Source of the DNA: a virus
IMG/VR virus record: IMGVR_UViG_3300047325_000170
Coordinates: 1 to 64,000 of that record
DNA length: 64,000 nt
Reading direction: 5' to 3' (one strand)
Shown: positions 1 through 8,290 of the stretch, piece by piece
Layout: each line of letters begins with the position of its first letter
Numbering within the stretch: the first letter of the stretch is position 1
The notes under the pieces: generated by a model
What the model was told of the DNA's origin: nothing
Seen by the model: the letters and a program-made list of their open reading frames with translations, nothing else
The model's database searches: none
Program-made: the position numbers and the translations under genes

Positions 1-513
1 ATACCGGAGCTCGAAGGGCTTCTCGTCCTTGACCATCCACTCGGTCCAGTCCACGATCACGTAGGTGCCGGCGCGATCCACAAAGACGAGGTCGTAGGTG
101 CCCGCGAGGGTGAAGCTCCCCCGCTCGAGACTGAAAGCTTCGTCAACAACGACTGGACGGATCTGTCCATTGAGCCGACGTGAGGTGATCTTGTTGATCA
201 CCGTTGCTCCGCGCAAGAGCATCTTCTCTTCAGGGCTCATCATGGCATTGAGGAAGGACGCGTTGTGCTTTTCGAACTGCCGGGTCGTTTGAATCGACAC
301 TTCCCAGAGCGTTGACCAGAGCCGGCGCACCTGAGCCTCGGTTAGTAGATTGCCCTCGAGCATCTCCGCATAGTAACGGACCAAAAGCGTGCGCATCCGA
401 CTCCGATAGTCGCGCTCGATCTGGGTGCCAGGCGTATCGAGCTTGCGCCGGCGCTCTCGTTCGGGACACTGCCGGAAGGTATCCAGCTCCCCGACTGAGA
501 TGACCGTGCGCAT
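1..513 (-). CDS. PD-(D/E)XK (RecB/AddB-like) nuclease-fold protein, partial (runs off the left edge), probably catalytically degenerate
   Basis: Not in the ORF track; translated by hand from ATG at 513: MRTVISVGELDTFRQCPERE...FSLERGSFTLAGTYDLVFVDRAGTYVIVDWTEW. It shows the N-terminal S-x5-F-x2-CP motif, G-x2-DL and IVDW, with T where the catalytic K is expected. Confidence 0.65.
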   Translation of the reverse strand, partial: MRTVISVGELDTFRQCPERERRRKLDTPGTQIERDYRSRMRTLLVRYYAEMLEGNLLTEAQVRRLWSTLWEVSIQTTRQFEKHNASFLNAMMSPEEKMLLRGATVINKITSRRLNGQIRPVVVDEAFSLERGSFTLAGTYDLVFVDRAGTYVIVDWTEWMVKDEKPFELRY

Positions 514-514
514 C

Positions 515-1147
515 TTAGCTCTTCTTCTGAGCTTCCGCTTCCTTGATTGCTTCAGCCATCAAGCGCTGGTACTCTTCGAACTCGCGACGTGTTTGCTCTT
601 CACGAGCAGCGATCTTCGCGAGGACCTCAGGGTCCGTCTCTTCTTCGTACTTGCTGAGGTTCTCAGGCAAGTTCGGAGGCAGCCCTTCTTTCTTCACTTG
701 GTCGAGCGGCTTCTCGCCAGGCTTGAACCGGTAGGGATCGGGACGTGGCAAAGGTGTCACCCGTGGATCTTTAGTATCGCCTTCATTGAAGAGCTTGGCT
801 TCCGCTTCTTCGCGTTCGGTTGGATCCATCGCCGCAAGGCGCATCTTCTCACGCTCGAGGATCTTCTCCTGAGCTTTGCTTGCGCATGTGAAGTGCGTCT
901 CATGCTGGACCTGCGAGAAGTAATCGTACCGGTCATCTGGCTTATCGAAGGGGCCCGCCGAGCTAATCGGACGACCACAGACCTTACAGAGGGTCACGTG
1001 GTTGGGATCTCCGACGAATTGGTTACCGCCCGGCCCTGTGGTGAGCTTACTCATCGCCGTTAGCTCACTTGCGCTATAGGAAGGTGCTACCTTTGGCGTC
1101 ACAGGAGGGCGGCCGCCAGTCGACTTAAACCCATTACTCTTTGGCAT
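515..1147 (-). CDS. Hypothetical protein with CxxC...HxxC putative zinc finger and charged C-terminus
   Basis: 210-aa ORF in the co-oriented gene run. Motifs LCKVCGRPI and HFTC; Glu/Lys-rich helical tail. Confidence 0.7.
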   Translation of the reverse strand: MPKSNGFKSTGGRPPVTPKVAPSYSASELTAMSKLTTGPGGNQFVGDPNHVTLCKVCGRPISSAGPFDKPDDRYDYFSQVQHETHFTCASKAQEKILEREKMRLAAMDPTEREEAEAKLFNEGDTKDPRVTPLPRPDPYRFKPGEKPLDQVKKEGLPPNLPENLSKYEEETDPEVLAKIAAREEQTRREFEEYQRLMAEAIKEAEAQKKS

Positions 1148-1168
1148 ATAAACCTATTGCCTTCGGGG

Positions 1169-1474
1169 TTATTTCTTCTTACGGACGGTGCCGGTTCCCT
1201 TAGCGGATGTCGTCGGCCCAGTCGTCTTCGTACCCGTCGCATTGCTCCCAGATTTGTAGCCCTTGCGACGAGTATCATTGGCAGCCACGGCTCCGCCATC
1301 GGTATCCTTGCCGGACACCTTGCTCACCTTCGTGCCGGTCTGTCCGACCTTCATCATGCCAGCAGATCCGCCATGAGAAGGACTGGACGCAGGACCAGAC
1401 CCACGGCGGTTATTGATCCCGCCCTTGGTTGCCGGCGGCGCCTTGTCGAGACCGTCAGCGCGTTTTTCGTCCAC
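1169..1474 (-). CDS. Small basic Gly/Thr/Lys-rich low-complexity protein
   Basis: 101 aa. GTG start overlaps the upstream TAG (TAGTG). Ends GPTTSAKGTGTVRKKK. Confidence 0.7.
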   Translation of the reverse strand: MDEKRADGLDKAPPATKGGINNRRGSGPASSPSHGGSAGMMKVGQTGTKVSKVSGKDTDGGAVAANDTRRKGYKSGSNATGTKTTGPTTSAKGTGTVRKKK

Positions 1475-1881
1475 TACTTGGGCTTCTTCTTGAGCGTCCC
1501 GGTCTTGCCGGCACTGGTCGTGGGGCCGGGATCCTTGGTACCAGTTTTGCCACCGGAACCAAAGGACTTCTGTCCGCGCGAGACCTTACCAGCATCAGGC
1601 GTAAGGCCTGGAGGAACCTTGCCGCCGCCCGGGCCAGCCTTACCAGAGGTATCCTTACCGGCGGGGCCAGACTTGCGTGGGGACTGGGATGGGCCCGTTC
1701 CCTTGGTCTTCTTATCGGCTTCGTATGTCATGCGCTTTCTCCCTATGGGAGCTGATTTCTTACGGCGAGCTCGCTCGGGAGCGGGCGCCTCAACAACTTC
1801 TGGTTTTGGCATCTCTGCAAGCCCAAGCGCAAAGGAAAGAGTCTCCCAGATCTGCTTGGTGCTCGCTAGGAATTCCTTCAT
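1474..1881 (-). CDS. Small basic Gly/Lys-rich low-complexity protein (possible second in-frame start at 1731)
   Basis: 135 aa with ATGA overlap to the upstream mini-ORF. An internal AGGGAG-N7-ATG precedes MTYEADKK. Ends GPTTSAGKTGTLKKKPK. Confidence 0.7.
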   Translation of the reverse strand: MKEFLASTKQIWETLSFALGLAEMPKPEVVEAPAPERARRKKSAPIGRKRMTYEADKKTKGTGPSQSPRKSGPAGKDTSGKAGPGGGKVPPGLTPDAGKVSRGQKSFGSGGKTGTKDPGPTTSAGKTGTLKKKPK

Positions 1882-1991
1882 TTGGCCTTCTTCTTTTTCC
1901 CTGTTTTCTTGCGAAGGGGTGCACCCGGCACCAAGGGTTTCTCAGGGGCTTGCTTTGGGTCCTTACCAGCTGGTAACTTTGCCTCGTCCAC
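1878..1991 (-). CDS. 37-aa Lys/Pro-rich micro-protein
   Basis: Below the ORF-track cutoff; hand translation MDEAKLPAGKDPKQAPEKPLVPGAPLRKKTGKKKKAK. It exactly fills the gap, with TAGTG and ATGA overlaps at its two ends. Confidence 0.65.
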   Translation of the reverse strand: MDEAKLPAGKDPKQAPEKPLVPGAPLRKKTGKKKKAK

Positions 1992-2254
1992 TACTTCTTC
2001 TTCCCTAGCATCTTGTTCGCTCTCGCCCTGATCTTTGCTTTCTGATCGGAGCTCAAACCCTTTGCCTTTGGGAGCATTTGCAACGCCAGTCTCGCGTGTT
2101 TAGCGTCTGGCATTGGAAATCGACCCGTGGGATAGTCCTTTGAGGGCTTGACCGTTGCGGACTTCTTGCGTGCAGCCGGCCCGAGGGGCTTGCCTTCCTC
2201 CACTTCCTCATCGACGGGAAGGTCCTCGTCGTAGTAAAAGTCCTGGAGGGCCAT
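1991..2254 (-). CDS. Small protein with acidic N-terminus and basic FPMPDxxHARxAL domain (DUF6582-like)
   Basis: 87 aa. GRFPMPDAKHARLAL resembles the (Y/F)P-x2-D-x2-H-x-R-x-AL motif of small phage proteins. Family call is from memory. Confidence 0.6.
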   Translation of the reverse strand: MALQDFYYDEDLPVDEEVEEGKPLGPAARKKSATVKPSKDYPTGRFPMPDAKHARLALQMLPKAKGLSSDQKAKIRARANKMLGKKK

Positions 2255-2256
2255 AG

Positions 2257-2457
2257 CTACTTGCTCTTCTTGGCGCCTGAAGTCTTCTGGGTCTTCTTGT
2301 TGGCATCAGCCTTGGAAGCGGACTTCGGCTTGTTGTCGAAGGCTGCTTTCCCACCGCCAAGCAGGCCGCCGGGAGCGCCGTCGGGCATATTGGCTAAGGG
2401 GTTCTTCTTGTCAGCCTTTTTCTTTGCTGCTTCAGTCTGAAACGTCAACTTGTCCAT
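2257..2457 (-). CDS. Small Lys-rich protein
   Basis: 66 aa, GAGGT RBS upstream of ATG, ends GAKKSK. Confidence 0.7.
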   Translation of the reverse strand: MDKLTFQTEAAKKKADKKNPLANMPDGAPGGLLGGGKAAFDNKPKSASKADANKKTQKTSGAKKSK

Positions 2458-2502
2458 TTAGTTTACCTCGTTTGAGCTTACAAGTCTACCTACTTACAGG
2501 TA

Positions 2503-3591
2503 CTAGCTGAGGGAAGTCGCGTACTGCATGGCTCGGTCGGGGGGAGCTTCGACCATCCAGCCCATCTCGGTGAACTGTTCCATGAACATCCGCCCCTTGA
2601 ACTCCGAGACCTTGCTCTTCGCGAAGTGGATCTCGAGCACCGACCCGGGCTCTGTTTGCCCATCCCGTTGGAAGAAGATCCGGGGATTGGGTTTCCCCAC
2701 CCCGACCTCCGAGTACAGCAAGAAGACCGTCCGGGCCTTGTACTTCCACTTGCGGGATCCGAGGATGTCATCGAGGATCGGCCGGCGCTGGTTGTTCTTC
2801 TTGAGCTCGGCGGTCCCGAGGAAGACGATCTGCTCTTCCTTGGCCAGGCGATCCACCTGGATCGCGACCTGCTCGGTGCGCTCGTTGAGGTCGCTATTGC
2901 CCGCTTCGATTTCCACATCGTGGAAATTATCGATGCAGACAACGAGCTTCATGTCCTCTGGTAAGGTGCTCTTAAAAGCTTTGATGTCGTCGCGGATCCG
3001 GGACCACTCCGCGGACTCAAGCGTATCGATCCCGATGAAGGAGAACTGACGGAGGTAATCCCCCCGCAGAAACTTCTTGTACATCTCTTCCCCGCGCGCA
3101 ACAATACGCTTCGCTTCTTTATGCCGGGGGTCGAGGTCATCCCACTTCGCTTCAAAGGCCTCGGGCTTGTGGACCGCATTGATCGGTACCTTGGCAGCCT
3201 GAGCGAGGAAGCAGTCGAAGAAGTACTCCTCGCCGTCGTCGAGGGTGTAGAAGCGGACGTGGACCTTCGGATTGTTCTGGATGATATCCCAGGCCATCAT
3301 ACGGAGGAGCGAGCTCTTTCCGATGTTCGTGTCAGCTGCGATGAGGTGGGTCCCAACATCGATACCGCCCCAGTTCTTGTTCAGCTGATAGAAGCGGTCC
3401 GTCCCAAGGGTAATGCCGCCATGAACACCACGCCCCCTGCGGTTCTTGGCCGCTTGCTCGATGAGCTCACGCGTTTGCTTCGTCCAACGGCTTTCCGAGG
3501 GGGCAGGGAGTTCCTCATTGGGGAGGATCTCGACAAAGTGATCAACGAGGTGCTTCTCGGTAAGGGCGCCGGCTTCGACGCCGTCATTCAT
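2503..3591 (-). CDS. DnaB-like (SF4) replicative helicase, C-terminal ATPase domain only
   Basis: Walker A AADTNIGKSS, Walker B VVCIDNFHD, and TAELKK-x4-RP-x2-DDILGS-x2-WKYKA...LEIHFAKSK. Start reassigned to ATG 3591 (ATGA overlap with the primase stop). Confidence 0.85.
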   Translation of the reverse strand: MNDGVEAGALTEKHLVDHFVEILPNEELPAPSESRWTKQTRELIEQAAKNRRGRGVHGGITLGTDRFYQLNKNWGGIDVGTHLIAADTNIGKSSLLRMMAWDIIQNNPKVHVRFYTLDDGEEYFFDCFLAQAAKVPINAVHKPEAFEAKWDDLDPRHKEAKRIVARGEEMYKKFLRGDYLRQFSFIGIDTLESAEWSRIRDDIKAFKSTLPEDMKLVVCIDNFHDVEIEAGNSDLNERTEQVAIQVDRLAKEEQIVFLGTAELKKNNQRRPILDDILGSRKWKYKARTVFLLYSEVGVGKPNPRIFFQRDGQTEPGSVLEIHFAKSKVSEFKGRMFMEQFTEMGWMVEAPPDRAMQYATSLS

Positions 3592-4754
3592 CCACGCTGC
3601 GGGAGAGCCGAGGTCCGGGATTGCCGAAGCTTCAGTCTCATCTGACCGATTGGACAAATTGTCTCCTGACATAAATGCGGTATGTTTCCCTGGACGTACG
3701 AGCATCCAGCATACAGCGTATTGTTTGTTCGGTACTCGCGTTGCAGGGTATCAAGCCAGTGAGCGCGGTCAGCTGGGTCTGTTACCGGGGGGTCACAATG
3801 GTTGAGTGACCAATCCTCAAGCTCAGCTTCAGCTTGCTCGAGCGTGAACCCTTCTTGCTTGAAGTGGCTAGCTAAGAGAAAGGCGACAGAGTGCCGGTAG
3901 CCCTTCTCGATCATATAGCCATCGGAGAAGGCCGTCTCGATGCAGGTCCAGTTACTACGGTTGTAACTACTGTTATCAGCTCGTCTTTCCTGTGGCTTCG
4001 GTAGGTAGGCCGTCAAAGACTCACGGTACAAGCGATCATACAGTAAGCTACCACGTGTGGAGCAGCTCGGTATTTTCCAGAAGTCCTTCGGCCGGCGCGG
4101 TCCCTTCGCAAACTCTTTCATGTTCTTGTGTTTGCGGCAGGCACTGAGCTCGCTGAAGCGCAGGGGGATCTTGTAGAGCTTGGTCTTCTGGTGGATTGAA
4201 TTCTCGAGACGGTAGAGATGCCGCGCTGAGTAGAGACACGGGTCAAGGTAGTGTAGCCCAAGCCGTTGGGTTAGGTCCTTTGCCCAGTGACCATAGACCC
4301 GGTGCAAGTCGTGATCAGGCCAGGCGTCAACCGCCTGCCAAGGGATCTCGAGGTGGATCCCCCGCGACCCAGAGAACCAGATCTGCAGTTGTTCGGGCGC
4401 GAGGTCGATCTCCGCATAGAGTTGGGCCGCAAGCCCCTCAACCTCAGCGATGAGCCTCGGCCATTCGCTTTCAAGCTCTGCGTTCTTGGAGACATCGAAG
4501 TCCATGGCGAAGTTCCCGTGGAAGAGAACCCGCAGTTCCTTGTAATTGGTAATGAACTCAGCGTCGTTCGAGAAGAGGACGGTCCGGAAGATCCCCGTGT
4601 CGGCGTACAGCTTTCGCCACGCTTGGACATCAAGCCCACTTTGGGCAAGGACATTGCGTTTGAACCCATCCCCCGCAAACGCTCCAAGCTCAAAGTAGCG
4701 AAAGTCGTTCGTGTCAGGAAGGACCTCACCGGTCTCTCGGTTAGCGAGAACCAA
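3588..4754 (-). CDS. Archaeo-eukaryotic primase (AEP/PrimPol) with C-terminal Cys-rich PriCT/PriL-like domain
   Basis: Motif I MDFD, motif II FSGSRGIH, then DPCLYSARHLYRLENSIHQKT. C-terminal WTCIE...GYRH...C...C...C. Start uncertain (TTG at 4754 assumed; the ORF is open to 4859). Confidence 0.85.
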   Translation of the reverse strand: MVLANRETGEVLPDTNDFRYFELGAFAGDGFKRNVLAQSGLDVQAWRKLYADTGIFRTVLFSNDAEFITNYKELRVLFHGNFAMDFDVSKNAELESEWPRLIAEVEGLAAQLYAEIDLAPEQLQIWFSGSRGIHLEIPWQAVDAWPDHDLHRVYGHWAKDLTQRLGLHYLDPCLYSARHLYRLENSIHQKTKLYKIPLRFSELSACRKHKNMKEFAKGPRRPKDFWKIPSCSTRGSLLYDRLYRESLTAYLPKPQERRADNSSYNRSNWTCIETAFSDGYMIEKGYRHSVAFLLASHFKQEGFTLEQAEAELEDWSLNHCDPPVTDPADRAHWLDTLQREYRTNNTLYAGCSYVQGNIPHLCQETICPIGQMRLKLRQSRTSALPQRG

Positions 4755-5163
4755 GACCGTATTGCTTCCAGACAAGTTCGCATTGGTACCGACGAACGCT
4801 TGCTTCTTTTGCGAAGTCGGTTGCCTTGATGATATCGGGTGGTTCCCCTCGCTCCTCACCCTCGTGATAATCAGAGATCAGGCAGTCAATCGCGAAGAGG
4901 GTCAGGTCAAGCCCAAGGCTACGGATAACGAAGAGCACCGCACCTACGTCACGGCGCAGGTTGTGATGCTCTGTGACTCCGCAGTGTTTGTAGTAGTACT
5001 CGACAATCTCTTCAGGCGAGAGGATCTCTTTGTCCCCTGGCATATCGCTGCCCGCTTCGATGCGAGTCTCCCCCGTGCTATCAACCTGGAGCTTATGTCG
5101 GAGGGGCTCATACCGCGTCAGGGGATGATAATAGAGCTTCCCTTGCTCGAGCAGATTACCCAA
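4741..5163 (-). CDS. Hypothetical protein in replication module
   Basis: 140-aa ORF tightly packed between the Rad52-like and primase genes. Confidence 0.7.
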   Translation of the reverse strand: MGNLLEQGKLYYHPLTRYEPLRHKLQVDSTGETRIEAGSDMPGDKEILSPEEIVEYYYKHCGVTEHHNLRRDVGAVLFVIRSLGLDLTLFAIDCLISDYHEGEERGEPPDIIKATDFAKEASVRRYQCELVWKQYGLGSR

Positions 5164-5165
5164 TG

Positions 5166-5813
5166 CTACTGAGGCTTGGTTTGGCCGGCAAGCTTGTCGG
5201 TCAGGAAGGCAATGAATCGGCGCAGGTTGGTACGATTGATATCGGTGAAGTGCTGGAGTTCATGATCGAATTCATGGACGTACGGATCCAGTAGGGACTT
5301 GTCCGTGATCTTCATGGCGATCATGAGGCTGCGCAGTTCCTCGAGGGACTGGGTAATCGTCTCATTGCTATCGCCGATCTGGACTTCGATCTTCTTCGTG
5401 TCCTGCTGTTCGAAGAGATCCTTGGAACGGCGTCCGACCCCAAGCCCATAGTGGGCCGTATAGATGAACGACATGTCTCGTGCGATCTCAAAGGATGAGG
5501 GTTCGCTCACGGGCACGCAGACCGAATACTCCCGAGCGATCTCGTTGAACTTATCGGCCGTGATGATCTCGATGACACACTGACATTGCCAGTGAGCGAC
5601 GATCTCGGTCTTGAAAGCCGTCGGGTTCTTCGCCTTCGGATAGCGAGGGACGAGCTTTGGGACCTCGGTAATCGTGGGTCCATCGAAGTGGAAGCTCCAG
5701 CCCTTCGCAAAGACGGAGTCGAGACGCTCGACGATAGAGTCGAAGGTAAATGAATCCATCTTCTCTTCAAGAGCATTGATGATTGATTGTGGCAGTCCGA
5801 ACTCGTTTTCCAT
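5166..5813 (-). CDS. Rad52/Sak-like single-strand annealing protein (divergent)
   Basis: IVERLDSVFAKGWSFHF and later YGLGVGR match the Rad52/22 family pattern (V-x2-RL-D/N-x-V-x4-W...lGiGR). Confidence 0.6.
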   Translation of the reverse strand: MENEFGLPQSIINALEEKMDSFTFDSIVERLDSVFAKGWSFHFDGPTITEVPKLVPRYPKAKNPTAFKTEIVAHWQCQCVIEIITADKFNEIAREYSVCVPVSEPSSFEIARDMSFIYTAHYGLGVGRRSKDLFEQQDTKKIEVQIGDSNETITQSLEELRSLMIAMKITDKSLLDPYVHEFDHELQHFTDINRTNLRRFIAFLTDKLAGQTKPQ

Positions 5814-5849
5814 AGGGCTTACCCCTTAGCCAAAGATACCGTTCTTTTG

Positions 5850-6050
5850 TACTGAGTGGGTCGAGTGGTAGGGTCGACCCCGCTGATGGCGGTCCCTCGA
5901 TTGTATCATACGATTCGACAGAACCGAAGGTAGGCTAGCTGACTTATAGGTCCTACCTAACTCCTTCTTTTTGGGAGGGTTCATCCTTCCCATGGCGCTA
6001 CCTTGTAGCATTCCCGAGGTAGAGCTACCACCTATGGTAGCTTCCCGCGC
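5850..6050. other. Hairpin-dense intergenic region (ncRNA, origin or regulatory leader candidate)
   Basis: Six inverted repeats in about 200 nt, e.g. agctacca/tggtagct (6023-6042), gctac/gtagc (5997-6009), aggtagg/cctacct (5928-5958), gggtcga/tcgaccc (5858-5880). Confidence 0.45.
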
Positions 6051-6091
6051 CTGATGAACTGCCTGATCGATAGCGATGTCGACAAGCCCCA

Positions 6092-6298
6092 TTATGACTG
6101 TGGCCCCGCAGGATCGGGAGGGGCAAGCCAACCACCCGCAAAGGCAAGGACCGCACCGAAGAGGACCGTCAAAGCGCTTGCAACATCAGAGGGTACAACG
6201 ATATGCCCAAGTCCTAAGAGCCAGACGACGAGAACCGTCAGGGCGCCGCCGACCACACTTCCACTCGTACTTGCGACGACTTTCGCATGGATCGGCAT
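6092..6298 (-). CDS. Putative holin (two transmembrane helices)
   Basis: 68 aa, KVVAST-SGSVVGGALTVLVVWLL...VP..VASALTVLFGAVLAFAGGWLAP. This is the architecture of small 2-TM phage holins. Confidence 0.7.
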   Translation of the reverse strand: MPIHAKVVASTSGSVVGGALTVLVVWLLGLGHIVVPSDVASALTVLFGAVLAFAGGWLAPPDPAGPQS

Positions 6299-6307
6299 TG
6301 TGCATTC

Positions 6308-8290
6308 CTATCGAGCGGCTGCCATCGCTTTCTGGATATCGGGCCGCGCAAAGAGTTCGGTTGCTTGCTTTGAGGTAAGGTTGTTGAGGAAGGGGATGTT
6401 CAAACTGTGGATGGGTTCCGGACGCTGGGGGTAATGGGCATCGCCCGTGAGCAGACCGCCGATGATCTGCTCGAGCTGTTGGGCCATGTGCTCGATGCCG
6501 CGGGAATGCCACACGTAGGCTTGCGCAGCTGAGGCCACATCGTGGCGGAGTTGTGGATCTTCAACGAGGCGTTTGAGATGTCGGTACCAGTCTGCTTCTG
6601 AACGAGCTAAGAAGGCAAGCTTCTGTCCGCGCGGCCGGCCCTCAGCTTCAAAGAGCGCGTAGGGTTCGACGTCGGAGGCAACGGGAACGATGCCAAAGGC
6701 TCCGTATTCAACGAGTTTGATGTCAGACTTACATCGATTGAAGAGCGTGTTCTCAATTGGTGCGAGTCCAATGTCCAGGCGAGCCATGTTCAGGACCTTG
6801 TAGTAATCGAAGACCGGCTCCTCATGTCCCCACGTTGCTGGGTACCATTCCATCCGGTTGAAGGGGACCTCGGGGAAATAGCTCCGGTAGTCAGCGCCAA
6901 TGAAGACAAGGACACACTGCGGGAATTCCGCCATGATCTTGTGCATCGCATTGACGGCGAGCTTCATGTCTGCGTCATGCGTCCCCGAGCCCGCCCACCC
7001 GATACGGACGGTGTCGTCGTGGTTCTCAAGGATGGTCGGGAGTCTTTGGAGATCGATGCAGTTCGGTACGACGTGGGTGTTCTTGTTGAAGCGACCGTAC
7101 TGGCGCGCGAGCTCCGGAGTCGAGACCGTGAGCGCCTGACACATATAGATCATCTTCTCCATGTTCCGTAGCCAGCGGGGGTTCTCAGCAAAGCCACGTT
7201 GTACAGGGTTCGTATCGGTCAAGCCATGGAAGAAGTCATCGATCTCATAGATGAAGAGCTTCTTGCGTATGTGACCCTTCCGCAATAAGTCGATCATGTA
7301 GTCTTCGACTTGGCGCTGATACACGATCACGTCGGCCCACATCATGAACTCATCGGGGGCATAGGTGGTGAAGAGCATCTCCCACCCCATCGACATCATC
7401 TTGCGGTAGGGCTTCTTGAGTCGGTAGGTACCGCACCCATCGTGGTCTGCCAGGAAGCAGCAGACCCGTCCATTTGGCGTGATCCCAGACTCCGGCTTAA
7501 AGACCCACTGTTCGGTCGAAGGATACGAGGGGCCAGATCCGTAGTATGAGCCGGCGTTATTGAACTGGTCGACGATATGGAGGCCGCCGTGTTTATCAAC
7601 AAAGTGGCCAAGATCCCGTAAGGAGTCTTCGCTCTTTGGAGTCCAGCGCAGTTGGATCTTTACACACGGGTCATACACCAGCCGGTATCCATCTTTGATA
7701 TTCCAAAGACACCAATCGTGCTCGTGATACGCACCCTTCAAGACCACATCAAAGAGACGAACCCGACGAATCAAGAGACAATCATCCGTCAACGACAGGA
7801 AGTCATTCAAGTTGCCGGCCATTCCCCAGTCCTTGGGGACACGCTGGTCGGCCGGAGTCGGGATCCCGCGTAGGTACACGCACCCACTGTGCTCGACGAG
7901 ATCCATCTCGTTCGTACACATCGGTGCAACGGCAGCGATCTTTGAGTGGGATTCCAAACGATCCACCAAGCGCTCGATCCACAAGGGCTCGATAGGGAAC
8001 ATCTTCGGCTGGAGCAGCAAGAGATAGGGCGTGGTCGCATGCCGCATGGCGAGGTTATAGGCCTGCCCCTTATAGGTCACGTCCCCGTCGATGATCACCT
8101 CAGTCGGGAGCGTCTCTCGTTTGCTTATAAAGTCGACTATAAGCTGTAGCGTTTCGTGGGTATACTTCTCGAGGGCGATGAAGAGGATCGGGTAGGGTTC
8201 CTCCTCAAGGCGAGAGAGAAGGGGCGGGAGGATCCAGGCGTCATCGGCGAAGGGGATGACGAGGGTGACCTTGGAAGAGTAGCTAGACAT
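6308..8290 (-). CDS. Bifunctional glycosyltransferase (GT2/GT-A domain fused to GT4/GT-B domain)
   Basis: N-terminal VTLVIP...YNLAM...PYLLLL...CLLIRR...HDWCL...GYRLVYDP (GT2). C-terminal GCGTYRL..PY...YEIDD...VSTPELA...VVPNCID...RIGWAGSGTH..D...DIGLAP...FNRCKSDIKLVEY (GT4-like). Start set to ATG 8290, which overlaps the upstream gene end. Confidence 0.85.
   Translation of the reverse strand: MSSYSSKVTLVIPFADDAWILPPLLSRLEEEPYPILFIALEKYTHETLQLIVDFISKRETLPTEVIIDGDVTYKGQAYNLAMRHATTPYLLLLQPKMFPIEPLWIERLVDRLESHSKIAAVAPMCTNEMDLVEHSGCVYLRGIPTPADQRVPKDWGMAGNLNDFLSLTDDCLLIRRVRLFDVVLKGAYHEHDWCLWNIKDGYRLVYDPCVKIQLRWTPKSEDSLRDLGHFVDKHGGLHIVDQFNNAGSYYGSGPSYPSTEQWVFKPESGITPNGRVCCFLADHDGCGTYRLKKPYRKMMSMGWEMLFTTYAPDEFMMWADVIVYQRQVEDYMIDLLRKGHIRKKLFIYEIDDFFHGLTDTNPVQRGFAENPRWLRNMEKMIYMCQALTVSTPELARQYGRFNKNTHVVPNCIDLQRLPTILENHDDTVRIGWAGSGTHDADMKLAVNAMHKIMAEFPQCVLVFIGADYRSYFPEVPFNRMEWYPATWGHEEPVFDYYKVLNMARLDIGLAPIENTLFNRCKSDIKLVEYGAFGIVPVASDVEPYALFEAEGRPRGQKLAFLARSEADWYRHLKRLVEDPQLRHDVASAAQAYVWHSRGIEHMAQQLEQIIGGLLTGDAHYPQRPEPIHSLNIPFLNNLTSKQATELFARPDIQKAMAAAR

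Noticed and set aside
5826-6131. 101-aa minus-strand ORF spanning the hairpin-rich gap
   Set aside because: It overlaps the holin 3' end, has no RBS and atypical composition. The region is better explained as non-coding structure.
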